Shown: positions 49,735 to 59,779 of the stretch, in pieces
Layout of the letters: each line of letters begins with the position of its first letter
Numbering within the stretch: position 1 is the first letter of the stretch
Virus record (IMG/VR): IMGVR_UViG_3300013233_000235
Location: 1 to 64,000 of that record
Length of the DNA: 64,000 nt
Strand: one strand, 5' to 3'
Notes under the pieces: model-generated
Told to the model about the DNA's origin: nothing
Databases searched by the model: none
What the model saw: the letters and a program-made list of their open reading frames with translations, nothing else
Position numbers and translations under genes: made by a program

Positions 49735-49833
49735 ATGGTGCGTGACGCTGCGGTATGGGTATTTATCATGAGTGGGTTCGTCTCGATGATCTCTGTGATA
49801 GTGCTGCTATACAAGGGACGTAAAAATAAGTAG
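49735..49833 (+). CDS. 32-aa single-pass membrane peptide
   Basis: GGAG RBS; MVRDAAVWVFIMSGFVSMISVIVLLYKGRKNK. Confidence 0.5.
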   Translation: MVRDAAVWVFIMSGFVSMISVIVLLYKGRKNK

Positions 49834-49835
49834 CT

Positions 49836-49872
49836 ATATAAGACGACGGGCGTTTTGCCCGTCGTCTTATAT
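49836..49872. terminator. bidirectional terminator
   Basis: 16-bp inverted repeat ATATAAGACGACGGGC-GTTTT-GCCCGTCGTCTTATAT between convergent genes. Confidence 0.8.
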
Positions 49873-49880
49873 GTGCTTTG

Positions 49881-50960
49881 TTACTCGTCCCAGTTTAATG
49901 CTGAACCAGTTTGGTATTCCGTGACCTTCGTTTCAAAGAAGTTTTTTTCTTTTCGGATGTTAGCCTGCTCATCCAGCCATGGTAGTGCCGATTCTGCCCC
50001 TGGGAATGGCTCTTTGATCTCAAGCGCTCTCGCCCTACGGTTGGCTATATATCTGAACTGGGCTATGTGGCTATCCGAATCATACCCAAGTATCCCTGTT
50101 GGCAAGATGTATTTAGCATAATCGTGTTCCACACGTTCGGACTCCGACCACATCTCATCTAGCTCGGATTGGATAAGTACCACGTTTTCTTCCAAGATGA
50201 TCTGCTTAATGACTCGGATGCCAAATGTGGCATGCATTGTTTCGTCTCGCATGATGTATTGTAGCTGCTCGGCTGTACCGCGCATGAGGCCTTTGCGCTG
50301 TAGTGCGAATATGGGGCTAAACCCATTATAGAACCAGCTACCTTCGAACACGCATGCAAAGAAGATATAACCCATGACGAACTTACGAAGCTGCTCAGGG
50401 TCTTCTAAGTCCATATCACTGCGCATGATACCGTTGAGTCGATCTGCGCTCATCTGTATCTTAGCGTTGATCTCAGGCACCACCCGGTACCTATTGTACA
50501 CCTCAGCCTGATCCAGTCCGAGGGTTTCAATGCAATGCTGGTATGTCCAACAATGCATCGCTTCTTCGTACACCTGTCTAGCCTGGTAGACCTGTAACTC
50601 GGGGGCGGACATCTTCTCCATGACTGCCAAACCTATGTTACGCATAGCCATTATATCAGACGTGGTTAAATAGGCCAGCACATTGACATAGAGGTGTCTC
50701 TCGGCCTCTGTAAGCTTGTGTTTGTAATCACTGATGTCATTAGTCATATTGATGTCTAACGGCGTCCAGTGGTTCTTATTAGCGTTTAAGAAGTATGTCC
50801 ACGCCCACGGGTATTTGAAAGGAGCTAACTGGTTGATATCCCCTTTACCATTGACTACCCGTTTATCATTGGCGGCTGTTGCAGATGTGCTACTTACAAC
50901 CTCTTTGGCGGGGGAGGTGGGTTTCTTATTCAACTTACCGAAATTTGTATCCCAATCCAT
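49881..50960 (-). CDS. nrdB: class I ribonucleotide reductase small (beta/R2) subunit
   Basis: NQLAPFKYPWAW, EEAMH..TY (radical Tyr), FEGSWFYNGF, RDETMH, EKNFFE. Confidence 0.95.
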   Translation of the reverse strand: MDWDTNFGKLNKKPTSPAKEVVSSTSATAANDKRVVNGKGDINQLAPFKYPWAWTYFLNANKNHWTPLDINMTNDISDYKHKLTEAERHLYVNVLAYLTTSDIMAMRNIGLAVMEKMSAPELQVYQARQVYEEAMHCWTYQHCIETLGLDQAEVYNRYRVVPEINAKIQMSADRLNGIMRSDMDLEDPEQLRKFVMGYIFFACVFEGSWFYNGFSPIFALQRKGLMRGTAEQLQYIMRDETMHATFGIRVIKQIILEENVVLIQSELDEMWSESERVEHDYAKYILPTGILGYDSDSHIAQFRYIANRRARALEIKEPFPGAESALPWLDEQANIRKEKNFFETKVTEYQTGSALNWDE

Positions 50961-50974
50961 CGATCTTTCCTTTG

Positions 50975-52348
50975 TTATTTATATCGGCTATACGTTAACA
51001 CACGTATAGCTAAGTATGTAAGTGTGGCCACCTTGGCAGGTGCTGTAATAGACTTGCTCTTAAGGCCAATCGGGCTGGCGTCACATATGCGATCCATCTC
51101 TTCCCTAACCTTGATGATATCGGGTTGTGCCAACTGGCTCGTCCTAAACAGGTTTATGAGATTACCGGCTAGTCTCACTAGGGTGTCCCCGTCTTGCCCG
51201 TTCTCCCTGTAGTAGTCACTGATGTAAATAATAAGCTTTTCTACCATGCCGTCAACGTTAAACCGTTTCTCCTCATTGGCATTATCCACTATGAAGTTTA
51301 GCAGAATCATAACGTGCTTTGGTTGTGCTGAGCCAACCGACTTATACACCTGCTCCAGCAACTCTTCTTTAATGAAGTCCACCGGGTTGCGAACAACTTG
51401 GTGCATCCCCACAGTCATGCTGTGAACATCATTAATAGTATCCTTCAGCTTAGCCTCACCATCCATGGTTATGAACGCACCCTCAGATAAGACGCGTGTA
51501 TCGCTTTCTAGCATCGCATGGTACTGCTGGTTGAGTTTAACGATGAGTTTACGTATACGGGTCTGGGTATCAGCCACAGTGTACAGCACCAATGAATCTG
51601 GGGCAAATGCTTTGATGGCTTCGTGATGCACACAGTGTTTGGCGGCTAGAGTCTCCGCCCGGTGGGTTACAAGCCCGTACCAGGTGTGATAGCGCTTAAG
51701 TAGGGACTTATTACTAAGTGACTCGTAAAGTGCCATGGCGACACTCTCCTGGGCCGCATACTTGTAACTACGCTGTAGCAGCGAGGTTATGAACTTGTAA
51801 TGCATCATCCGCCATACCGCGACCGCCCCACCTTCGATCTCCCGCTTAGACAGGGTTGTGGAGAACATGATGCGATGGGCTAGGTATACGTAAAGGCTAT
51901 TGATGGGATTGCTTGTTACCTCCCAATCAGGGTTAACATAGCGCTGGTCCTTAAAATCCTCTGTTAGGGTATCCCAGTCATCAAAGCCTATTACCTCTTC
52001 GATGAAGTCACGCTCATCTTCTTTAGTGTACCTGAACTTGTACACTCCGATCAGGTTACCACCTAAGAACTTGATGTGTTCCTCTGTAGCAGTCTCGAAC
52101 CCATGTACGTACTTCATGATACCAACTACAAAGGCTTTGTTTACTGTGATCTTATTCTCTTTGAAGTAGAAGTCAAATACATCCTTAATAGACTTGAATC
52201 TACCTACTGGGTCTGTCATCCATGACTGTTGCTTAGCTAAGTATAGCTTCTTGAACTCTGATAGTAGCAGTGCTGGTTTATCTATAGCTTGTAGTCCATC
52301 AGTGTCCATTAGATATCTCTCTTTAGTTACGTTATTAATAAGGGGCAT
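50975..52348 (-). CDS. hypothetical protein, probably a conserved phiKZ-like core gene
   Basis: 457-aa helical ORF; family assignment from recall only. Confidence 0.65.
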   Translation of the reverse strand: MPLINNVTKERYLMDTDGLQAIDKPALLLSEFKKLYLAKQQSWMTDPVGRFKSIKDVFDFYFKENKITVNKAFVVGIMKYVHGFETATEEHIKFLGGNLIGVYKFRYTKEDERDFIEEVIGFDDWDTLTEDFKDQRYVNPDWEVTSNPINSLYVYLAHRIMFSTTLSKREIEGGAVAVWRMMHYKFITSLLQRSYKYAAQESVAMALYESLSNKSLLKRYHTWYGLVTHRAETLAAKHCVHHEAIKAFAPDSLVLYTVADTQTRIRKLIVKLNQQYHAMLESDTRVLSEGAFITMDGEAKLKDTINDVHSMTVGMHQVVRNPVDFIKEELLEQVYKSVGSAQPKHVMILLNFIVDNANEEKRFNVDGMVEKLIIYISDYYRENGQDGDTLVRLAGNLINLFRTSQLAQPDIIKVREEMDRICDASPIGLKSKSITAPAKVATLTYLAIRVLTYSRYK

Positions 52349-52682
52349 ATGTATTACATGGGTACTAATTAGTATCCATTATTACCTCTCTTCAGTAATG
52401 GAGGGGGGTTGGGGGGAGGTATAGGAAGATAGCGGGAAGGAACGGAAGAGATAAAAGAAAAGCATGTAATCCAACTAACTACTTACTTAAACAACACTAC
52501 TAGCTAGCTCATAGCTTGTCTTATCACTACTGTAATTAACAACACGATAGAGACTTGCTAGTAGACTAACAACTTGGTGATATTAATCTAATAACTAATA
52601 TCATCAATAGTAAACAGATAGAAGGCTTTTAGCGCTGAAATAGTAAGATGGCATCAATAGTGTACTACAGGAGAATATAAAC

Positions 52683-52907
52683 ATGATAGGTGATGGTGAG
52701 ATGTTCAGTAACAGTTGGCTTAGTTATGATACAGGCTATAAGCTAGTGAGGTGGTTGGATACTCCTCCTACTGGCTATAGGGGTTGTAGTGCTGCTGTTA
52801 GGGCTTTGTTTGGGTTGAGAAACTATATGTACTGGGATGCTGATGTTCGTAATGGTGTTGGGGTTGAGATGGATAAGAATGGTAATTATAGGTGGGTTGG
52901 TAAATGA
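52683..52907 (+). CDS. hypothetical protein
   Basis: AGGAG RBS; coupled to the next gene. Confidence 0.55.
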   Translation: MIGDGEMFSNSWLSYDTGYKLVRWLDTPPTGYRGCSAAVRALFGLRNYMYWDADVRNGVGVEMDKNGNYRWVGK

Positions 52908-54052
52908 GTAAAGATGATGATGGGAAGGTAGTTCCACCGAAGAAGGAGAGGGGTAAGTATGCATGGGGGTTTGTGGTGGAGTCCGATCCACGTGTACCTG
53001 TGGATGGTAAGGTTGACTCTGATAATACGGTGGTACCATTTAAGAGAGACACACCTAAGTTAGGTGCACCTGTAGAGAAGGGTGTGTACGTATGGGGGAG
53101 TTGGGAGGAGTCTAATAGGCACACACCTATGGACACACATATAAAAGATCTGGATAGGGCGGTATTGGGTAAGATCGCGGATATATTGATGCCTAAGGTG
53201 GGTCCACCGGGTGGGTTGGTATTTAATGCCAAGGCTATGGGTAAGTGGTTAAGGTCGGCTACTTATACCCGCCACACACATGCGGACAAAGAATCCGATA
53301 AGGTCGTACCTATTAGGCCTGGTGTATCTAAGGGGCCGGTGCCTATGGCCAACGATGGTGTGAATGCCCATACCGGTCGGGGTAATGGGGGTAGCGATAA
53401 TGTTTTACCATTTAGGGCAGAGGGTCCACCACCCGAACTAGACGCAATTATAGAAAAGGCAGTCGAGGACCTGGGGTGGGTATCTGGCACTAGCCCTTAC
53501 GACGGCGATACCTTAAAGGCAGCCATGGATGCGTGGTTGGCTAATAAGGCTGAGCGTTTAAATAGGACCATGTCTAATGGTAAAACACCTGATGGCGATA
53601 TGCCAAGCACACCCGATCAACTGGTAGAGGTCATGGATAAGACCATTGCTGAGTTGGAAGATGAGCTGGAGGAAGATATGGGTAAGGCCATTGCTGAGCA
53701 GCTGGCCGAAATAGGTGGGTTGGAAGATACATTTGAAAACCGTGTTAAGCTCAAACATGCCGCACAGGCCACTGTGCGACGGTTGCGTGAGGATGGTGTC
53801 GATAACATGTGCCCACCAAGCCCTGTGGCCGGTACGTTGGGTATTGACCCCGAGTACAAATCCCCGCCTATGACGATCTTATCGATCTATCGTGATGGTG
53901 AGATTAGATATACCACCAAACGTGGGGATGACATACGCGAAGAGAGTTTAACTGAATCACAGCGGGTCGCCTTAGATAATTTTGCCAAGGCGTTCAGCAC
54001 AGATCTGGACACCACTGTGACATCTATTTCGATAACCACTAGAGGCGTATAG
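52904..54052 (+). CDS. hypothetical protein with repeated D-x-V-V-P-F/I-K/R motifs
   Basis: 382 aa with four short motif copies. Confidence 0.7.
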   Translation: MSKDDDGKVVPPKKERGKYAWGFVVESDPRVPVDGKVDSDNTVVPFKRDTPKLGAPVEKGVYVWGSWEESNRHTPMDTHIKDLDRAVLGKIADILMPKVGPPGGLVFNAKAMGKWLRSATYTRHTHADKESDKVVPIRPGVSKGPVPMANDGVNAHTGRGNGGSDNVLPFRAEGPPPELDAIIEKAVEDLGWVSGTSPYDGDTLKAAMDAWLANKAERLNRTMSNGKTPDGDMPSTPDQLVEVMDKTIAELEDELEEDMGKAIAEQLAEIGGLEDTFENRVKLKHAAQATVRRLREDGVDNMCPPSPVAGTLGIDPEYKSPPMTILSIYRDGEIRYTTKRGDDIREESLTESQRVALDNFAKAFSTDLDTTVTSISITTRGV

Positions 54053-54120
54053 CCTAGGTAGTAACAGGGGCTATGGTGGTTATGACCATAGCCCCTCACC
54101 ATACAAAGGGGTTGTACACG

Positions 54121-54732
54121 ATGAGTAATACAGATAAACACAAAGATAAAGTGCGCACAGCCGCACGCCGAAGCCGGGATATTGTGAAGAAGTGGGTCGA
54201 TGATAACGAGCCGCGTTTCCTAATCAACGGTGAATGCCTATACAAGGACGGGGTACCGCCCACGTGGGATGAGTCATTTGAGGAACACCTGGAAGAATTG
54301 ACCGGGGATGCCCTAGAACAGGCACTTGATATATTTAGATGGGACACGGATGGCAGTAGTTACTTCGACACCTGTGAAAGTGACCACCTGGGTATTAGGT
54401 TGTTGGGACTGTTAGCCCAAATAGGTAGCGACCGCTATACGCCGCTGTTAGCGAAGTTATGCCCACCATTGGATCACATTAATGACGGACATAGCCCAGC
54501 CCCTGGGGTGTATGTATACGAGAATGAATGGGCCCTAAGGTTGCACCATATCAACCATGGGCTGGATTGTAAATACGTGACAGTGGATGTGTATGAACTT
54601 ATAGGAATACGTGGCATGAACGGTAGGCGAAGCATTAAACACAAATTGATAATGGAGGGGGATAATAACATCTCGGTAGAGGTTGGTACACACAAGCGGT
54701 TACAGGTCATCGTTAAGGACATAATGAAATGA
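54121..54732 (+). CDS. hypothetical protein
   Basis: ORF coupled to the next gene by an ATGA overlap. Confidence 0.65.
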   Translation: MSNTDKHKDKVRTAARRSRDIVKKWVDDNEPRFLINGECLYKDGVPPTWDESFEEHLEELTGDALEQALDIFRWDTDGSSYFDTCESDHLGIRLLGLLAQIGSDRYTPLLAKLCPPLDHINDGHSPAPGVYVYENEWALRLHHINHGLDCKYVTVDVYELIGIRGMNGRRSIKHKLIMEGDNNISVEVGTHKRLQVIVKDIMK

Positions 54733-56534
54733 GCACATATAAACGATTTAAAGATAGCCTGGTAAAAGTGTTTAGGGGTGGCCCGCAGGTCAACCCTAGT
54801 GAGATCTTCGCGGAAGTGAGCAAAATGTTGCGTAAGTGCGACCCTAATGAGATAGATGATGACCAGGCCATGAGGATGGCAGAGGCCGTATTTAAGGAAC
54901 GGGGGTTAGATATAACAGTGTACAGGGGGGGTAGTGTGGAAATGTGGATATCCTCAATTATGGCCACACAAAGGTGTCTGATAACTACGCGCCAAATTAT
55001 AGAGGTCATCGCCACGGATGGCCGTACCCTGGTACCGGTAGTGGACCCGATGCCCATAAATCGGAGTATGCGGACTCTACAGGAGATTGCAGACGATATA
55101 GGGCTGACTATGGGGGATCTGACGGAACCCCAACCCCCCGTACCGGATGGGGTGTACATAGGCTTTGTGTGTTGCCGTAACGGTTACAACAGGTGCATGC
55201 GGTATGCCGGGGATGGTTTGTGGGAAGCCGTTACAACCCACACATGTGCTGATAACCCACCCTTGGTAAAATCTCCCGACCAAGTTTGGGAAGAGACCGC
55301 CGGTATAATTAAAGATTGGTTAACAGATGCCCGGCATACCGCATTGGCAGTGCGCATGGCCACAGCGTTATCGTGCGGCGGCGAGCCTGTGATAAACAGG
55401 CTGATAAAGGGTACGGTCAAGTTATGCGAATTACAATCCGATGATGTGCTTAGCATATACATGGCGTTTACTGAAATACGCGATGGTAAGGAAGATCCTG
55501 CAAAGAAACAGACACCACACGATGTTGGGGCACTTGTGGGTAAACTCGCTAATACGGATGTGGCGATGTGGGCGATGTATTTTAACGGCGATGCCATTGT
55601 CTGGATCATTGGGTATAGTGACCACAGGGGCGCATATGCCCAGCCGCGATGGTCTTTTGTGTATGAGCTGATAGAGGTGGTGAATTACCTGAAAGGGCAC
55701 AGCGTTAATATACCACCAGTGTACGACGTGGACTATAAAACTATACCACATATGCGTCAACTGTTATCTGACCGTATCACGCTGAACCGTGGTAGATACA
55801 AGAACCGCCATCCGATCGCTGGTGAGGTAATCACCAGCGATTTCGGTGTAACAATGTATGATGGGCACGTCTGGGCCGGGCTATACGACGCCCATGTGGA
55901 TATCGACAACCTATGTGTTGACGGCCCATACGTGGGTTTTATATGCTTTAACGATGATCGTAAAAGCATGATGTATATTGGCGATGGGCTATGGACGAAC
56001 ACGCAGCCGGGTGTGGTACACCCCAAACCCCAAAACAGTGGGGTCATCATAAAGTACACCGAGCAGTGGCCAAATACACTGAGCACATGGCGGGCCACAA
56101 CACGTATCATGGCTGGTTGGATGACAGACTGGCACAAAGATGGTAAGGGTGAAAACATCGCGGCCGCCTTATCTGTAATGACCCAGCCTCTAATAGCCCC
56201 CATCCTGTCTGGTGAGAAATTATTGCCACACGCATTAACTAATGGCGAGAGACTAGCTGTATACAAAGCCTTTACAAACATATGCGACACAACGGAACGC
56301 AGTAGGGGCCCACACACTTTAAATAGCGCCGATGTACTGGATAGCGCTACCACCATTGTAGGCCACAGAGACTGGAAATGGGGTAAGTACCTTTCTCCCG
56401 AGGGGGTCGAGTGGTTATCCCTCTTACCAATACACCATGGGTCGCACCCATACCCTAGACCAACCTTCCCATACGAGTTACGCTGGTTGGCACGACACTT
56501 AACTAAGGAACGTGATGAAACAACAATTTGTTAG
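54729..56534 (+). CDS. hypothetical protein with an internal domain duplication
   Basis: Two ~200-aa homologous units (DG.Y.GF.C...Y.GDGLW). Confidence 0.75.
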   Translation: MSTYKRFKDSLVKVFRGGPQVNPSEIFAEVSKMLRKCDPNEIDDDQAMRMAEAVFKERGLDITVYRGGSVEMWISSIMATQRCLITTRQIIEVIATDGRTLVPVVDPMPINRSMRTLQEIADDIGLTMGDLTEPQPPVPDGVYIGFVCCRNGYNRCMRYAGDGLWEAVTTHTCADNPPLVKSPDQVWEETAGIIKDWLTDARHTALAVRMATALSCGGEPVINRLIKGTVKLCELQSDDVLSIYMAFTEIRDGKEDPAKKQTPHDVGALVGKLANTDVAMWAMYFNGDAIVWIIGYSDHRGAYAQPRWSFVYELIEVVNYLKGHSVNIPPVYDVDYKTIPHMRQLLSDRITLNRGRYKNRHPIAGEVITSDFGVTMYDGHVWAGLYDAHVDIDNLCVDGPYVGFICFNDDRKSMMYIGDGLWTNTQPGVVHPKPQNSGVIIKYTEQWPNTLSTWRATTRIMAGWMTDWHKDGKGENIAAALSVMTQPLIAPILSGEKLLPHALTNGERLAVYKAFTNICDTTERSRGPHTLNSADVLDSATTIVGHRDWKWGKYLSPEGVEWLSLLPIHHGSHPYPRPTFPYELRWLARHLTKERDETTIC

Positions 56535-57123
56535 AGGATTTATCGAGGGACTCCGGATGGGGTTCAGTTCAGCTTTACGGAGATTTCGTAAAGGGGTCGG
56601 TCAGCACGTGGGGGTCGAGCCCCCGCTTATCGAAGATGTGGTGCACCCGTGTGACTACGAAGATATGGCGGATAGCGCGTACAAAAAGCGTATAGCCGCC
56701 CTAGCGGGGGCCACATACCCCAGCCCCGACGATGGGGTACCAACAGCATTCAGAGAGGACCCTGCATTGATACACATCATCGCCGCCGGTGCGGCAGCTG
56801 GTGCCCTGGATGCCGCCGGGGCTAAAGCCATTACCGATGTGATGGTGTATGGCCAACACAGCCTGTATGACCCGCTGCTGGAGGACATTGAACATATCAG
56901 ATCCCACAGGTGGTATGACACATTACTAGATGGTAATAACGTCAGCCCGCTATGCCGCGCTATTCTTTCTACAGCACCGCACGATGGGGATAGTTTAATG
57001 AAGCTACTAATTGCCAAAAATAAGACATTCAGCTTAGCAGTGAATGCATTAACGATGGCCAAAAAAGGATTACCCACACCTGTGCAATCCACCCACACAC
57101 ATGGAGTAACACATGAAGCCTAA
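56512..57123 (+). CDS. hypothetical protein
   Basis: AAGGA RBS, operon-coupled. Confidence 0.65.
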   Translation: MMKQQFVRGFIEGLRMGFSSALRRFRKGVGQHVGVEPPLIEDVVHPCDYEDMADSAYKKRIAALAGATYPSPDDGVPTAFREDPALIHIIAAGAAAGALDAAGAKAITDVMVYGQHSLYDPLLEDIEHIRSHRWYDTLLDGNNVSPLCRAILSTAPHDGDSLMKLLIAKNKTFSLAVNALTMAKKGLPTPVQSTHTHGVTHEA

Positions 57124-57583
57124 GCAACCATCGGGCCCCCTATCGATACACTATATGCAGTACGGGTATGCCTTTGTATTCCCGATGCGTATCGGGGTAG
57201 TGGGGGTTAATAACAGCACCATGAGTGTACACGAATACACCAATGAAAGTGGTATAAACACAGTTACAATAAATGGCGACACCCAGTGCATCCAAGCCAG
57301 GTATAACGACGGCGGTACAGATGAGTGGCACATAGACACACCACCACCGGCAAAATTGTCACCTATACGCGGGGTGGTCAGCATCATACCTGCGGAGCAT
57401 GAGAACACATTGGCGGAAATGCATATGCACCACATGGGTGTGATCATGTACAAATCCTGCGGGCAGTGGTACGCTATACGTACCGACACAAAAGAACCCC
57501 TAGATATGAGCAAATACATGGGTGACAAACCCAATATTTTTACGGCCACGTATGGCCAGACACCTAATATGCAAGCGGGGTAG
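57113..57583 (+). CDS. hypothetical protein
   Basis: GGAG RBS, operon-coupled. Confidence 0.65.
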   Translation: MKPKQPSGPLSIHYMQYGYAFVFPMRIGVVGVNNSTMSVHEYTNESGINTVTINGDTQCIQARYNDGGTDEWHIDTPPPAKLSPIRGVVSIIPAEHENTLAEMHMHHMGVIMYKSCGQWYAIRTDTKEPLDMSKYMGDKPNIFTATYGQTPNMQAG

Positions 57584-57588
57584 ATATA

Positions 57589-59055
57589 ATGGAACTATCG
57601 GATGATGATAACGTCTTAATGTTTGTTAAGGATGGTGCCGACGACCTAGTAACGGAGATGGATAGAATGTTTGGACCCGATGCCGCCAAGCGGGAATCCG
57701 ATTTGGCTACAGCTTTAGAAACCGAACTGGAGAAGGAGGGTATCTCCGGTGAAGCAATCATACCAGCCTACCTGTTGCAAGCCCTAGAGTCACGGTGGAG
57801 CTTAGGCGATGTTGGTGAGGAAATCGATAAGATGCTCGGCCTAGTGGCCAAATTAAAGTACCCATCTGGTGACAACCTCCGTATAGGGACACTGGGTGTC
57901 CGACCACGCAGGTACATCCTTGGGCGACCATACCGTGTATACGACTTGAATGAGTGGTGGCCATCCGATGACACACTGGTTTCGGAAACTAGCCATGGGG
58001 ATTTGCAGGTAGCTATTACGGACTCGGGCATATACGCACTACTCAGCACCACCGGTTGGGTGGATCGCGTTAGCCAGGGGCTCTTTTGTGTCGGTGATGT
58101 TATCATAAGTGTAACCGGCTCGGGGAAGGTGACAGCACACAAATTGGGTGAAGTTGAGTATGAACCCTATGACCCATACCTGAAGTTATACCAGCAGCCA
58201 TTCTCGTGCGAAGAGTACGGTGCGTTGGACTATGATCGGGATTTCCCAGAGGATGTCTCGGAGGCCATTGTTGCAGATGGTGTAGATTTCGGCGATAAGT
58301 TCCAGACGGCCAATGGGGATATCTACACCATTAGACCCCTGGCGATCTACGCCCACGATACACATGTGACAGAGATGCTTCTAGAACTCACCTGCAATAA
58401 ACCGTGGCCCAACGGTATGCGTAAGGCGTTATACACCAAGACGTATAGCGGCGATAGCAAACACATCGACCAGCTAACACCGTCCGACCTTGTTGCAGGT
58501 ACATACGCCCCATGCTTAGGCGAACATGCGCCCACAAATAATGGTAGATACACCATTAGAACACACGGCCCCATATACCCCACCTTGATCACCTCTGACC
58601 ATGCGGGTAAACATCAGGTGATCGATCACACTTTACTGGCCGACCCTAAGCAAAGGTACCCAACGGTGGTGGTTGGTAAATCGGGTATGGACATATATGG
58701 GGATGTTAAAATACGTCAAGGGGCTTACGTCGAGTTCCCCGGATATATCACGATATGGGGGGATGTCACCATAGACGGCGGTGGGGCCATCTTCGGCGAT
58801 AAGGTGGTTGTAAATGGTTCTCTCACCTTAACCGGGCTGCATCGCCATCACCCGTTACCAAAAGATATGGTTGTATCGGATACCCTACGGTTAGTTCGGG
58901 CCGGTATTAAATGGGATTGCAGGTGCAAGCATCTAATCAGTGATAGCCCGGTGATTCTGTCACATCCACACATCAGCGTAAAGGCCCCAGATGTGCATTT
59001 ACGCAATGGTGCGTACGTGGCTGGTAAAGTTAACCAAAGAGTGCCAAAGGTATAA
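57589..59055 (+). CDS. hypothetical protein with a beta-solenoid-like C-terminus
   Basis: IYGDVKI / IWGDVTI / VNGSLTL / VSDTLRL repeats. Confidence 0.65.
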   Translation: MELSDDDNVLMFVKDGADDLVTEMDRMFGPDAAKRESDLATALETELEKEGISGEAIIPAYLLQALESRWSLGDVGEEIDKMLGLVAKLKYPSGDNLRIGTLGVRPRRYILGRPYRVYDLNEWWPSDDTLVSETSHGDLQVAITDSGIYALLSTTGWVDRVSQGLFCVGDVIISVTGSGKVTAHKLGEVEYEPYDPYLKLYQQPFSCEEYGALDYDRDFPEDVSEAIVADGVDFGDKFQTANGDIYTIRPLAIYAHDTHVTEMLLELTCNKPWPNGMRKALYTKTYSGDSKHIDQLTPSDLVAGTYAPCLGEHAPTNNGRYTIRTHGPIYPTLITSDHAGKHQVIDHTLLADPKQRYPTVVVGKSGMDIYGDVKIRQGAYVEFPGYITIWGDVTIDGGGAIFGDKVVVNGSLTLTGLHRHHPLPKDMVVSDTLRLVRAGIKWDCRCKHLISDSPVILSHPHISVKAPDVHLRNGAYVAGKVNQRVPKV

Positions 59056-59087
59056 ATAAACACCCTGCTTAATCGCAGGGTGTTTAT
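59056..59087 (+). terminator. terminator-like inverted repeat
   Basis: ATAAACACCCTGC-TTAATC-GCAGGGTGTTTAT. Confidence 0.7.
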
Positions 59088-59149
59088 AACGTAATCATTT
59101 TTTATTGTACTGCCGGGTAATGTATACATAACTAGGTGGAGAGCCACGC

Positions 59150-59779
59150 GTGATAAAAATACCGAGACTTATTAGTGGGTGCAATTTGGACAACATTAAA
59201 GCCCTATGTAACCCACTTGTACCAACCGGCAGTCTGATGGTGCCACTATCAACGGTTTGTGCAGTTAGCGGATTGAGCCCTGATATGCTAGCGGCATGCC
59301 TTGCCAGAGCATCCGGCGAGTTTGTAACAGTGGGTGGGGTGCCGAATATACGCGTATCCGACCTCACCACTTTCGTAGGTAGAGCATGCCTACACGTGTC
59401 GCCCAACCGTGCATTCACAGCACTGTCGTATGAACGGAACGATGAGACACACCTACAGCTCACACACATCGGATCAGATATGCCGGTGTACTATGTATTT
59501 GAAGGGGCACAACCCCTACGAGCCATGGTTATGTCAGACACACACATCCTTAGTATACACATGGATGGGGTATTTGCCGCCGAGTTAACAACGGATATTG
59601 CGGGACAACCTGAATTACAGGGATTCACGAAAGTGGGTTTCGAAGTCCTACCGGAAGACACTATTGCCATTATCGATAAAGCTGTATCTAATGGCAAGCT
59701 TACATTTAATGTATTAACAGCATCCGGCATTTACACATGCTGGGTGCCACTTGGGGTATGTATTAATGCGGGAATTTAA
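59150..59779 (+). CDS. hypothetical protein with a weak excisionase-type HTH at the N-terminus
   Basis: VPLSTVCAVSGLSPDML...VTVGGVPNIRVSDLTTFV. Confidence 0.5.
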   Translation: MIKIPRLISGCNLDNIKALCNPLVPTGSLMVPLSTVCAVSGLSPDMLAACLARASGEFVTVGGVPNIRVSDLTTFVGRACLHVSPNRAFTALSYERNDETHLQLTHIGSDMPVYYVFEGAQPLRAMVMSDTHILSIHMDGVFAAELTTDIAGQPELQGFTKVGFEVLPEDTIAIIDKAVSNGKLTFNVLTASGIYTCWVPLGVCINAGI

